Positions 9,562 to 19,645 of a stretch of 32,000 nt of DNA are shown here, one piece after another. Numbering within the stretch: position 1 is the stretch's first letter; each line of letters starts with the position of its first letter. The position numbers and the translations under genes were made by a program. The stretch is from contig NZ_CP066018.1 in NCBI RefSeq assembly GCF_016127575.1, positions 3,420,001-3,452,000 of the forward strand. The letters are read 5' to 3'. This DNA comes from Cupriavidus necator (lineage in GTDB: Bacteria; Pseudomonadota; Gammaproteobacteria; Burkholderiales; Burkholderiaceae). Under the pieces are notes generated by a model. It was not told the origin of the DNA. It searched no databases and was given only the letters and a program-made list of their open reading frames with translations.

Positions 9562-10479
9562 TTATTCCTTCGGCGGCGGCAGGTAGGCCATGCCCTCATC
9601 CTCGTAGAGCTGGTAGATCATGTCCCGCAGCGAGCGCAGGTCGGCCGACTCGTCCAGCATGCGCGTGCTCATGATAATGGGCGACACCAGCTTGGGATCG
9701 TCCAGTTCCTTGTAGGTCACGTCGCCCCGCTTGAGCCCGTAGACGCTGCTCGGGACCACCGAGATGCCTTCGCCCATCGCCACCAGCCCGAGCGCGATTT
9801 GCAGCTCGCGCACCTCGTGCAGGCGGCGCGGCTTCAGGGCGCGGTCGTGGAAGGCGGCCAGCACCTGGTCGGCAAAGCTCGGGCGCGGCGCCTTGGGGAA
9901 GATGATGAGCGGCTCGCCGACCAGGTCGTGCAGCGCGAGCTCGGGCTTGGCGTCAGCCAGCGGATGGCCGACCGGCAGCGCCACGATCATGCGCTCCTCA
10001 CGCAGCACCACGCGCCGCACCGACGGGTCTTCGTGGCGAATGCGCCCGAAGCCCACATCGATGCGCCCCTCCTTGAGCGCCTTGATCTGGTCCATGGTCG
10101 ACATCTCGTGCAGGCTCAGTTCGAGATCGGCGTGCATCTGCCGGAAGCGCCGGATGATCCGCGGCAGCATCCCATACAACGTGGAGCCGACAAAGCCGAC
10201 CGACATCTTGTGCTCGATCTTGCCGACCCGCTTGGTCATCGCCTGCAGTTCCGCGGTCTGGGCCAGCAGTTGCAGCGCGTGGGTATAGAAGAAGCGCCCG
10301 GTATCGGTCAGTTTCAGCGGGCGCGAGTGGCGCTCGAACAGTTGCACACCCAGGTCGTCCTCCAGTTGCTGGATCTGGCGCGACAGCGGCGGCTGTGCGA
10401 TATGCAGCCGCTCGGCCGCCCGGGTGAAGTTGCGTTCCTCTGCCACCGCCACGAAGTAACGCAGGTGCCGCAATTCCAA
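9562..10479 (-). CDS. LysR-family transcriptional regulator, CatR/BenM type
   Basis: The start is a TTG at 10479 (TTG GAA TTG CGG CAC CTG CGT = MELRHLRYF) with GGAGG 7 nt upstream. HTH region FTRAAERLHIAQPPLSRQIQQLE. 305 aa, divergent from catA-benABCD. Confidence 0.88.
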   Translation of the reverse strand: MELRHLRYFVAVAEERNFTRAAERLHIAQPPLSRQIQQLEDDLGVQLFERHSRPLKLTDTGRFFYTHALQLLAQTAELQAMTKRVGKIEHKMSVGFVGSTLYGMLPRIIRRFRQMHADLELSLHEMSTMDQIKALKEGRIDVGFGRIRHEDPSVRRVVLREERMIVALPVGHPLADAKPELALHDLVGEPLIIFPKAPRPSFADQVLAAFHDRALKPRRLHEVRELQIALGLVAMGEGISVVPSSVYGLKRGDVTYKELDDPKLVSPIIMSTRMLDESADLRSLRDMIYQLYEDEGMAYLPPPKE

Positions 10480-10483
10480 GACT

Positions 10484-10520
10484 ATACCTCCTGAGTATCG
10501 ATGGGATACTAAATCAGTGT
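10484..10520. promoter_or_regulatory. Tandem LysR sites in the divergent regulator/catA promoter region: ATAC-N7-GTAT (10484-10498) and ATAC-N7-GTGT (10506-10520)
   Basis: atacctcctgagtat and atactaaatcagtgt were read directly. The first overlaps the regulator's own Shine-Dalgarno sequence. The pair resembles the site 1 / site 2 arrangement described for BenM/CatM. Confidence 0.65.
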
Positions 10521-10625
10521 TGGACTGCCAAAACTGCCGTTGACTATGCTCCATCCGTGCCCGGAAGACAAGCTCGATACCTGCAAAGCATGAACCGGGA
10601 CCCAACCACAACTATGGAGACCCCC

Positions 10626-11549
10626 ATGACTCACTCGGAAATCGACGCCCTGGTCCACAGCTTTATCGTCGCCACCGGCACGCAAGGCACCCCCGACCCG
10701 CGCGTGCAGCAGGTGGTAGTCCGCCTGACCGCGGACCTGTTCAAGGCGATCGAGGACCTCGACCTGAGCGCCAGCGATGTCTGGAAGGGCATCGAGTACT
10801 TCGCCGAGGCGGGCGCCACCCAGGAGTTGGGCCTGCTCGCCGCCGGCCTGGGGCTGGAGCGATTCCTCGACGTCCGCGCCGACGAGGCCGAAGCCCGCGC
10901 CGGCCTGACCGGCGGCACGCCGCGCACCATCGAAGGCCCGCTCTACGTGGCCGGCGCCCCGGAAAGCACCGGCTTTGCCCGGCTCGATGATGGTAGCGAC
11001 GACGGCAAGGGCGAGGTCCTGTTCATGCAAGGCACGGTGTACGGCGCCGACGGCAAGCCGCTGCCCGGCGCCAGGGTCGAGGTGTGGCATGCCAACCTGA
11101 TGGGCAACTACTCGTTCTTCGACAAGACCCAGTCGCACTTCAACCTGCGCCGCACCATCGTCACCGATGCAAACGGCCGCTACCAGTTCCGCAGCAACGT
11201 GCCCAACGGCTACGGCTGCCCGCCGCAAGGCACCACCCAGCGCCTGCTGGACCAGCTTGCGCGCCACGGCCGGCGCCCGGCCCACATCCACTTCTTCGTG
11301 TCGGCGGACGGCCACCGCAAGCTGACCACGCAGATCAACATCGACGGCGACGAATACCTGTGGGACGACTTCGCCTTCGCCAGCCGCGAGGGGCTGGTGC
11401 CGGCGGTGACCCGCGTCACCGAAGCCGCCGCGCTCGACAAACACGGCGTGGACAAGCCGCTCGCCTCGATCGACTTCGATTTCCGGCTGCTGCCGGAGCA
11501 GGCCGGCGCCCCCGCCGCCGAGGTGGAGCGCCAGCGCGCCGCCGCCTGA
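10626..11549 (+). CDS. catA: Catechol 1,2-dioxygenase
   Basis: MTHSEIDALV..., an intradiol dioxygenase pattern (IEGPLYVAGAP, VWHANLMGNYSFFD, GRRPAHIHFFV). GGAGA lies 6 nt before the ATG at 10626, and the track ORF start at 10557 is rejected. Confidence 0.9.
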   Translation: MTHSEIDALVHSFIVATGTQGTPDPRVQQVVVRLTADLFKAIEDLDLSASDVWKGIEYFAEAGATQELGLLAAGLGLERFLDVRADEAEARAGLTGGTPRTIEGPLYVAGAPESTGFARLDDGSDDGKGEVLFMQGTVYGADGKPLPGARVEVWHANLMGNYSFFDKTQSHFNLRRTIVTDANGRYQFRSNVPNGYGCPPQGTTQRLLDQLARHGRRPAHIHFFVSADGHRKLTTQINIDGDEYLWDDFAFASREGLVPAVTRVTEAAALDKHGVDKPLASIDFDFRLLPEQAGAPAAEVERQRAAA

Positions 11550-11653
11550 TTTTCCGCAATGCCGCCCGCCGCGCGGGCCGGTAGATCCAGTCCGGGCGGC
11601 AGCGCCATGCGCAGCGCCGCCCCGGCGACAAGACATCGGCAGGAGACAACTCC

Positions 11654-13087
11654 ATGATCCCCATCTATCCGGAGGGCAAGGCCCCCGTTCGCCCCGGCGC
11701 AAAGCGCCTCGACCTGGATACCTTCCTGGTGGAAGACAAGGCAAGCGGCGACTACCGGCTGCACCGCGCGGCCTTCACTGACGAAGAGCTGTTCGAACTC
11801 GAGATGAAGCACATCTTCGAGGGCAACTGGATCTACCTGGCGCACGAAAGCCAGATCCCGAACAACAACGACTACTACACCACCCATATCGGCCGCCAGC
11901 CGGTGGTGATCGCGCGCAATCGCCAGGGCGAACTGAACGCCTTCATCAACGCGTGCAGCCACCGCGGCGCCATGCTGTGCCGCCACAAGCGCGGCAACAA
12001 AGCCACCTACACCTGCCCGTTCCACGGCTGGACCTTCAACAACAGCGGCAAGCTGCTGAAGGTGAAGGATCCCGAGAACGCCGGCTACCCTGACTGCTTC
12101 AACAAGGAAGGCTCGCACGACCTGAAGAAGGTGGCGCGCTTCGAGAACTACCGCGGCTTCCTGTTCGGCAGCCTGAACGCTGACGTGCCGCCGCTGAAGG
12201 ATTTCCTGGGCGAAGCGGCGCGCGTCATCGACATGATCGTCGACCAGTCGGCCGACGGGCTCGAGGTGCTGCGCGGCTCGTCCACCTACACGTTCGAGGG
12301 CAACTGGAAGCTGCAGGCCGAGAACGGCGCCGATGGCTACCACGTGTCGGCGGTGCACTGGAACTACGCCGCAACCACCAGCCAGCGCAAGCAGAAGAAC
12401 GCGCAGGAAGACAAGATCCGCGCCATGGACGCCGGCAAGTGGGGCCAGCAGGGCGGCGGCTTCTACGCCTTCGAGCATGGCCACATGCTGCTGTGGACGC
12501 GCTGGGCCAACCCGGAGGACCGCCCCAACTTCAGCCGCCGCGAGGAATTCGCCGAGCGTTGCGGCGCCGAGACCGCGGACTGGATGATCCAGAACTCTCG
12601 CAACCTGTGCCTTTATCCCAACGTCTACCTGATGGACCAGTTCGGCTCGCAGATCCGCCTGCTGCGTCCGCTGGCCGTCGACAAGACCGAGGTCACCATC
12701 TACTGCATCGCGCCGAAGGGAGAATCCGACGAGGCGCGCGCGCGCCGCATCCGCCAGTACGAGGACTTCTTCAACGTCAGCGGCATGGCCACCCCCGACG
12801 ACCTCGAGGAGTTCCGCGCTTGCCAGCAGGGCTACGCCGGGCAGGCACTGGCCTGGAACGACATGTGCCGCGGCGCGAAGCACTGGATCGACGGTGCCGA
12901 CGAGGCCGCGCAGCGCATCGGACTCAAGCCCGTGATGAGCGGGGTGCGCACCGAGGACGAGGGCCTCTACACGGTGCAGCACCGCTACTGGCTGGACGTG
13001 ATGAAGAAGGCCGTGGCAGAGCAATCCGCCGAAGCCGCGAATGAAGCCACCGACACCACCGACGCCGCCGCAGGGAGCGCAGCATGA
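11654..13087 (+). CDS. benA: Benzoate 1,2-dioxygenase large (alpha) subunit, Rieske oxygenase
   Basis: Rieske motif CSHRGAMLC...CPFHGWTF. 477 aa, followed by beta subunit, reductase and diol dehydrogenase genes. Confidence 0.9.
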   Translation: MIPIYPEGKAPVRPGAKRLDLDTFLVEDKASGDYRLHRAAFTDEELFELEMKHIFEGNWIYLAHESQIPNNNDYYTTHIGRQPVVIARNRQGELNAFINACSHRGAMLCRHKRGNKATYTCPFHGWTFNNSGKLLKVKDPENAGYPDCFNKEGSHDLKKVARFENYRGFLFGSLNADVPPLKDFLGEAARVIDMIVDQSADGLEVLRGSSTYTFEGNWKLQAENGADGYHVSAVHWNYAATTSQRKQKNAQEDKIRAMDAGKWGQQGGGFYAFEHGHMLLWTRWANPEDRPNFSRREEFAERCGAETADWMIQNSRNLCLYPNVYLMDQFGSQIRLLRPLAVDKTEVTIYCIAPKGESDEARARRIRQYEDFFNVSGMATPDDLEEFRACQQGYAGQALAWNDMCRGAKHWIDGADEAAQRIGLKPVMSGVRTEDEGLYTVQHRYWLDVMKKAVAEQSAEAANEATDTTDAAAGSAA

Positions 13088-13599
13088 GCACCGCCGACAT
13101 CACCCTCGACCAACCGGTCGACATGGCCGCCATCCAGTCCTTCCTGTACCGCGAGGCACGGCTGCTGGATGACGAAGAGTGGGACGCATGGCTTGCGTGC
13201 TACCACCCCGACGCAAAGTTCTGGATGCCCTGCTGGGATGACGACGGCAAGCTGATCACCGACCCGCAGCGCGAGATCTCGCTGATCTATTACCCGACCC
13301 GCCAGGGCCTGGAGGATCGCGTGTTCCGCATCAAGACCGAGCGCTCCAGCGCCACCATTCCGGACACGCGCACCAGCCACAACCTGAGCAACGTCGAAGT
13401 GCTCGGGGTGGCGGGCGACACCTGCACCGTGCGTTTCAACTGGCACACGCTGAGCCATCGCTACCAGACCACCTACAGCTACTTCGGCATGTCGCGCTAC
13501 ACGCTCGACCTCTCCGGCGCGCAGCCGCGCATCCTGGACAAGTATGTCGTGCTCAAGAACGACTACATCAACCAGGTCATCGACATCTATCACATCTGA
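13084..13599 (+). CDS. benB: Benzoate 1,2-dioxygenase small (beta) subunit
   Basis: 171 aa with the SnoaL-like ring-hydroxylating beta-subunit pattern ([18 protein letters not shown]). ATGA overlap with benA. Confidence 0.88.
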   Translation: MSTADITLDQPVDMAAIQSFLYREARLLDDEEWDAWLACYHPDAKFWMPCWDDDGKLITDPQREISLIYYPTRQGLEDRVFRIKTERSSATIPDTRTSHNLSNVEVLGVAGDTCTVRFNWHTLSHRYQTTYSYFGMSRYTLDLSGAQPRILDKYVVLKNDYINQVIDIYHI

Positions 13600-14640
<1,041 letters not shown>

Positions 14641-14657
14641 GCAAGGAGCACGACAAC

Positions 14658-15443
14658 ATGAGAACTGCTACACGCTTTGCCGGCAAAGCCATGATCGTGA
14701 CCGGGGCCGCGCAAGGCATCGGCCGCGGCGTCGCACAGGCCGCCGCCGCCGAGGGCGCCTCGGTGGTGCTGGTCGACCGATCGGCGCTGGTCGATGAAGT
14801 CGCGGCGCAGATCGTTGCTGCGGGCGGGCAGGCCATCGCAGTGCACGCCGACCTGGAGCGCTATGCCGGCGCCACGCAGATGGCGCAGGCGGCCGAAGCA
14901 GCCTTCGGCCGCATCGACATCCTCGTCAACAACGTGGGCGGCACGATCTGGGCCAAGCCCTTCCAGGCCTATGAGGAGGACCAGATCGAAGCCGAGATCC
15001 GGCGCTCGCTGTTCCCCACGCTGTGGTGCTGCCGCGCGGTGCTGCCCGGCATGGTCGCGCGCCGGCAGGGCGTCATCGTCAACGTGTCGTCGATTGCCAC
15101 GCGCAGCATCCACCGCGTGCCCTACGCGGCGGCCAAGGGCGGCGTCAACGCACTGACGGCCAGCCTCGCCTTCGAGCATGCGCACGAAGGCGTGCGCGTC
15201 AACGCCGTGGCCACCGGCGGCACCGAGGCGCCGCCGCGCAGGATTCCGCGCAACATGGCAGCGCAGAGCGAGCAGGAGGCCATCTGGTACCAGGCCATTG
15301 TCGACCAGACCAGGGCCTCGAGCCTGATGCACCGCTATGGCACGATCGACGAGCAGGTCCATGCCATCCTGTTTCTCGCCTCGGACGAGGCTTCGTACAT
15401 TACCGGCACGGTCTTGCCAGTTGGCGGCGGGGATCAGGGCTGA
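14658..15443 (+). CDS. benD: 1,6-dihydroxycyclohexa-2,4-diene-1-carboxylate dehydrogenase (SDR family)
   Basis: SDR motifs TGAAQGIGRG and YAAAKGG. AAGGAG lies 9 nt before the ATG at 14658. An alternative ATG at 14637 overlaps the benC stop (ATGA). Confidence 0.85.
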   Translation: MRTATRFAGKAMIVTGAAQGIGRGVAQAAAAEGASVVLVDRSALVDEVAAQIVAAGGQAIAVHADLERYAGATQMAQAAEAAFGRIDILVNNVGGTIWAKPFQAYEEDQIEAEIRRSLFPTLWCCRAVLPGMVARRQGVIVNVSSIATRSIHRVPYAAAKGGVNALTASLAFEHAHEGVRVNAVATGGTEAPPRRIPRNMAAQSEQEAIWYQAIVDQTRASSLMHRYGTIDEQVHAILFLASDEASYITGTVLPVGGGDQG

Positions 15444-15552
15444 TGAGCCAGCGTCTGGGTGGAATCGATTGGAGCGCAGTCCGACCGCCGAGGGACTGCA
15501 GCGTGTTGCATTGTTCGGCTTACAGCCTTCATTGGCAGATAGGAGTCAGATC

Positions 15553-16248
15553 ATGACCAAGCCCTCGATCATTCTGGCGCACGGTTTCTGGGGAGGTGCC
15601 GCGCATTGGGGAAAAGTCATCGTTGAACTGGCGCGAAAGGGGTATACGAACGTCCGCGCCGTTGAAATGCCGCTGACATCGCTTGCTGACGATGTCGAGC
15701 GTACCCGCAAGATGATTGCCCAGCAGAAGGGGCCGGTCCTCCTGGTGGGGCATTCGTACGGTGGTGCGGTGATTACCCAGGCGGGTGACCAGCCCAATGT
15801 GGTGGGGCTTGTGTATATCGCGTCGTTTGCGCCAGATGCGGGGGAGAGCCCCGGTGGCATTACGCATCAGCATCTTCCGGTTGCGGCGCCCAATCTCGAA
15901 CCCGACAGCGACGGCTACTTGTGGCTCAAATCCGATAAGTTCCATGAGAGCTTCTGCCAGGATCTTTCGCCCGACGACGCGCTGGTGATGGCGGTGACGC
16001 AGAAGGCGCCGCTTGCAAGCACCTTCGGCGACGTCATCACGACGCCGGCCTGGAAAAAGAAGCCGTCCTGGTACCAGATTTCCAGCGAAGACAGAATGAT
16101 CGCCCCCGAAAACCAACTGAAGATGTCGGCCCGGCTCAATCCCCGGAAGGTCGTGACTCTGGCGGCAAGCCATGCTTCGCTGGCTTCGAAGCCAGCCGAG
16201 GTTGCAGCGTTGATCGACGAAGCCGCGACGGAGTCGGTCAGGGGATAG
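15553..16248 (+). CDS. Alpha/beta-fold hydrolase of unknown specificity
   Basis: MTKPSIILAHGFWGG...LVGHSYGG (GxSxG elbow). AGGAG lies 7 nt before the ATG at 15553. The track ORF start at 15337 is an upstream extension. Confidence 0.75.
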   Translation: MTKPSIILAHGFWGGAAHWGKVIVELARKGYTNVRAVEMPLTSLADDVERTRKMIAQQKGPVLLVGHSYGGAVITQAGDQPNVVGLVYIASFAPDAGESPGGITHQHLPVAAPNLEPDSDGYLWLKSDKFHESFCQDLSPDDALVMAVTQKAPLASTFGDVITTPAWKKKPSWYQISSEDRMIAPENQLKMSARLNPRKVVTLAASHASLASKPAEVAALIDEAATESVRG

Positions 16249-16319
16249 CGCCCTGAACGCCCCGCCGGACCAGTGCGCCGAACAGCGGAAAGCTGCACGG
16301 TCAAGGGGGAGCCCCCCGG

Positions 16320-17711
16320 CTACAGCATCGCTGAATGCAAGTGATGCGGATTATCGAGCGTTTCCGCGATGATCCGCAGCGACTCCTCGATCTCATCGCG
16401 CTCGCCCGGGCCGCCCAGGCAGACACGGATCGCATCGGGCGGGTTGCCGTCGGTCGAGAAGGCGGCGGCCGATACCGCGCCGATGCCGCGCGAGCGCAAG
16501 TGCAGCGCCAGTTCCGACGGGCTCCACGCTGAAGCCGCCGGGATCGGCAGCCACAGGTGAAAGCCCTCCGGGTCCGCGTCATAGGCCAGGCCCTCGAGCA
16601 CATGGCGCGCAATCAACTGCCGCGCCGCGCTTTCGGCGCGGATGGCCTTGAGCATGTCGTCCACCGTTCCGTCCTTGATCCAGGATGTAGCGAGCAATGT
16701 GTTGATGGGGCTCGCCATCACCGTCGTTGCCCGCAGGGTGCCAGCCAGGCGCTGCGCCTGCCGGGCGGTGGGGGCGTGCAGGAACGCTATGCGCAGCCCG
16801 GCGCCCAGGCATTTGGACAGGCCGGTGACGTAATACGTGAGTTCCGGGGCGAGCGCGGCAAACGTCTGTGGTGCCCGCAGCGGCAGCATGCCGTAGGCAT
16901 CATCCTCGATGATCGGCACGCTGTAGCGCAGCGCGACTTCGGCGAGCTGCTCGCGGCGTGCCTGCGGCATGGTGCGCGTGCTCGGGTTCTGGATGGTCGG
17001 ATTGCAATAGAGCGCCGCCGGCTTCTGTGTCTTGCACATGGCTTCGAAGGCGTGGGCGAACGGGCCATCCTCGTCGCCGGGCAGCGCCTGTAGCTGGATA
17101 TTGAGCTGCGCGGCGATGGCCTTGATGCCGGGGTAGGCCAGCGCGTCGGCACAGATGGTCTGCGCCGGCCGTGCGAGCTGCGACAGCAGTGCAACCAGCG
17201 CGCTGTGGATGCCGGGCGTGACCAGCACGGTGTCCGCGCTGCATGCCGGCACCCAGCGGCGCAGCCATTTCGCAGCAACCGAGCGATCGGCCGGGGTTCC
17301 GCCGAAGTCCTGGTAGCGCAGCAGCGTGTAGGGATCGGCAGCCTCCAGCAGTTGCGCCATGGCGGAACGAAGCCGCGCTGTCATCGCGGGCGGCTCCGGC
17401 GGCATGTTCATGGACATCTCCGCACCCGTGCCGCCGCGCAGCGGCATCGCGGGCGCACGTCCGCGCACGTAGGTGCCACTTCCTGTCTTGGTGTCGATCA
17501 ATCCCCGCTTCCTCGCTTCACTGTAGCCGCGCGCCACGGTGGTGTAGTTCAGTTGCAGCGCTTCGGCCAGGTCGCGCAGCGGCGGCAGCCGGTCGCGCGC
17601 GCGCAACTGGCCGTCGGCCAGTGCCTCCTCGATCAGGTCCGGAATCAGTAAATAGGCCGGCTTGGCACTGCCGGCGATACGTTTTACCCAATGGCTGGTC
17701 AGGTTGGACAC
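16320..17711 (-). CDS. MocR/GabR-type regulator: GntR winged-helix domain fused to a fold-type-I aminotransferase-like PLP domain
   Basis: N-terminal LPPLRDLAEALQLNYTTVARGYSEARKRGLI, and a C-terminal aminotransferase-like region with YVTGLSKCLGAGLRIAF (putative PLP lysine). The probable start is a GTG at 17711 with GGAGA 5 nt upstream. Confidence 0.8.
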   Translation of the reverse strand: MSNLTSHWVKRIAGSAKPAYLLIPDLIEEALADGQLRARDRLPPLRDLAEALQLNYTTVARGYSEARKRGLIDTKTGSGTYVRGRAPAMPLRGGTGAEMSMNMPPEPPAMTARLRSAMAQLLEAADPYTLLRYQDFGGTPADRSVAAKWLRRWVPACSADTVLVTPGIHSALVALLSQLARPAQTICADALAYPGIKAIAAQLNIQLQALPGDEDGPFAHAFEAMCKTQKPAALYCNPTIQNPSTRTMPQARREQLAEVALRYSVPIIEDDAYGMLPLRAPQTFAALAPELTYYVTGLSKCLGAGLRIAFLHAPTARQAQRLAGTLRATTVMASPINTLLATSWIKDGTVDDMLKAIRAESAARQLIARHVLEGLAYDADPEGFHLWLPIPAASAWSPSELALHLRSRGIGAVSAAAFSTDGNPPDAIRVCLGGPGERDEIEESLRIIAETLDNPHHLHSAML

Positions 17712-18021
17712 CGTGGTCTCCCGCTGCGCGATGCGATGGCATTCAGTGCCCTGAGGGTAGCACCCGAATGATCGCTTACCAAGCCGCACAAGCGATTGCA
17801 TCAGAAGTTCTCAATGATGGTGCGATATCAGCGCGGATGCACCACGCGTGCGCACCAGGCGGCTGGTTCCCGTTCAAAAATGTGCATTGTGGCGAAGCCG
17901 TCATGGCGTGCGCTGTGCGCCTTTGGTGGCATCCATGGCCAAAGCCGTTGCGATCATTGGGCCGATCATTTGGTCGGCTTCGGCTTGATTGGAGATTGAT
18001 CGCATGACTGCGGGCATTGCG

Positions 18022-18036
18022 TGGCACATCGGTTGC
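18022..18036 (+). promoter_or_regulatory. Sigma-54 (RpoN) -24/-12 promoter TGGCAC-N5-TTGC upstream of the Nit1C-type operon
   Basis: tggcacatcggttgc was read directly. The match to the GG-N10-GC core, with flanking consensus bases, is exact. It lies 90 nt upstream of the first ATG (18126) in the correct orientation. Confidence 0.7.
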
Positions 18037-18125
18037 GGATGTTGGCGTGTTCGGCCTGGCGCCGAACGGTCGATCGGCAAGGGATCGGTCGGCCGCACTG
18101 CCCCATCAACGCAACGGAGAGAAGC

Positions 18126-18608
18126 ATGCCTGCTGTCAGCAAACCGGCCCACAAGAAGGGCGATTTCCTGGTCGACTATGAAGAGAAGGTATTCGAGGAC
18201 GTAAAGGCCGAAGCCGGCGAGAAGGCGCTGGTGACCTTCCACACCGTCGCCTTCGAAGGCTCGATCGGCTTCGTCAACATGCTGCAGGCCACGCGCCTGC
18301 TGCGCAAGGGCTTCGAGACCTCGATCCTGCTGTACGGCCCCGGCGTGAACCTTGGCGTTCAGCGCGGCTTCCCGACGCTTGGCGACGAGGCATTCCCCGG
18401 GCATATGAACTTCAACAAGCAGCTCACCAAGTTCATGGACGAGGGCGGCAAGGTCTACGCCTGCCGCTTCGCCCTGCAGGCCCTGTACGGCCACGGCGAG
18501 GCCTCGCTGATCGAGGGCATCCGCCCGATCAATCCGCTCGATGTGCTCGACCTCAAGCTGCTGCACCGCAAGGAGAACGCGCTGATCATCGATACCTGGA
18601 CGGTCTGA
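18126..18608 (+). CDS. Small conserved protein, first gene of Nit1C-type clusters (MSMEG_0572/Sll0783-like; NitB in Pseudomonas nomenclature)
   Basis: [23 protein letters not shown]..., 160 aa. GGAGAG lies upstream of the ATG at 18126. The assignment rests on position and on remembered family resemblance. Confidence 0.65.
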   Translation: MPAVSKPAHKKGDFLVDYEEKVFEDVKAEAGEKALVTFHTVAFEGSIGFVNMLQATRLLRKGFETSILLYGPGVNLGVQRGFPTLGDEAFPGHMNFNKQLTKFMDEGGKVYACRFALQALYGHGEASLIEGIRPINPLDVLDLKLLHRKENALIIDTWTV

Positions 18609-18628
18609 GCGAAAGGGCAGGTGCCACC

Positions 18629-19645
18629 ATGTCACAGAAACGCATTGTGCGCGCGGCCGCGGTCCAGATCGCGCCCGACCTCGAGAGCGGCGCAGGCACG
18701 CTGGCCAAGGTCTGCGAGGCGATCGACGAGGCCGCCGGGAAAGGCGTGCAGCTGATCGTGTTCCCGGAGACCTTCGTGCCGTACTACCCGTACTTCTCCT
18801 TCGTACGGCCGCCGGTGCACTCCGGCAGCGACCACATGCGGCTGTACGAGCAGGCCGTGGTGGTGCCCGGCCCGGTCACCGATGCCGTCGCCGGGCGCGC
18901 ACGCCGGCACGGCATGGTCGTGGTGCTCGGCGTGAACGAGCGCGACCACGGCAGCCTGTACAACACGCAGCTTATCTTCGACACCGAGGGCAACCTCGCG
19001 GTCAAGCGCCGCAAGATCACGCCCACCTTCCACGAACGGATGATCTGGGGGCAGGGCGATGCGGCCGGCCTGAAGGTCGCGGACACCGCGATCGGCCGCG
19101 TCGGCGCGCTGGCGTGCTGGGAGCACTACAACCCGCTGGCCCGCTATGCGCTGATGACCCAGCACGAGGAAATCCACTGCAGCCAGTTCCCGGGCTCGCT
19201 GGTCGGGCCGATCTTTGCCGAGCAGATCGAAGTCACGATCCGGCATCACGCGCTGGAATCCGGCTGCTTCGTCGTCAACGCCACCGGCTGGCTGACCGAA
19301 GCGCAGATCGCCTCCGTGACCACCGATCCGGCGCTGCAGAAGGCGCTGCGCGGCGGCTGCAACACTGCAATCATCTCGCCGGAGGGCCAGCACCTGGCGC
19401 CGCCGTTGCGCGAGGGCGAGGGCATGGTCATTGCCGACCTCGACATGTCGCTCATCACCAAGCGCAAGCGCATGATGGATTCGGTGGGCCACTACGCGCG
19501 CCCGGAACTGCTAAGCCTTGCCATCAATGAGCGGCCGGCGGCGACGGCAGTGCCGATGGCAGGCGCCTTCTCCAACTTCCATGGGAGTATCCGCGATGAC
19601 ATCCAGCGCGAGCGTGCCGGCTTCGAGCCGGCAATTGATGACTGA
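18629..19645 (+). CDS. Nitrilase (carbon-nitrogen hydrolase superfamily, Nit1C/Nit6803 type)
   Basis: Glu-Lys-Cys triad contexts [19 protein letters not shown] and [11 protein letters not shown]. 338 aa. Confidence 0.9.
   Translation: MSQKRIVRAAAVQIAPDLESGAGTLAKVCEAIDEAAGKGVQLIVFPETFVPYYPYFSFVRPPVHSGSDHMRLYEQAVVVPGPVTDAVAGRARRHGMVVVLGVNERDHGSLYNTQLIFDTEGNLAVKRRKITPTFHERMIWGQGDAAGLKVADTAIGRVGALACWEHYNPLARYALMTQHEEIHCSQFPGSLVGPIFAEQIEVTIRHHALESGCFVVNATGWLTEAQIASVTTDPALQKALRGGCNTAIISPEGQHLAPPLREGEGMVIADLDMSLITKRKRMMDSVGHYARPELLSLAINERPAATAVPMAGAFSNFHGSIRDDIQRERAGFEPAIDD

Noticed and set aside
11564-11578. GC hairpin GCCCGC-cgc-GCGGGC between catA and benA; considered as a terminator or attenuator
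   Set aside because: It has only a 6-bp stem and a 3-nt loop, with no following T-tract, and such GC palindromes occur by chance in this composition. catA and benA are probably co-transcribed.
10509-13024. Long minus-strand ORFs of 411 aa (10509-11744) and 604 aa (11210-13024) opposite catA and benA
   Set aside because: They are antisense shadows of clearly recognisable genes. Their compositions are Arg/Ala/Gly/Val-rich with no motifs, typical of stop-poor non-coding frames in high-GC DNA.
16305-16317. GGGGG-ag-CCCCCC element between the convergent hydrolase and MocR genes; considered as a bidirectional terminator
   Set aside because: The loop is too short for a stable canonical hairpin and there is no U-tract on either strand, so it is not supportable as a terminator.
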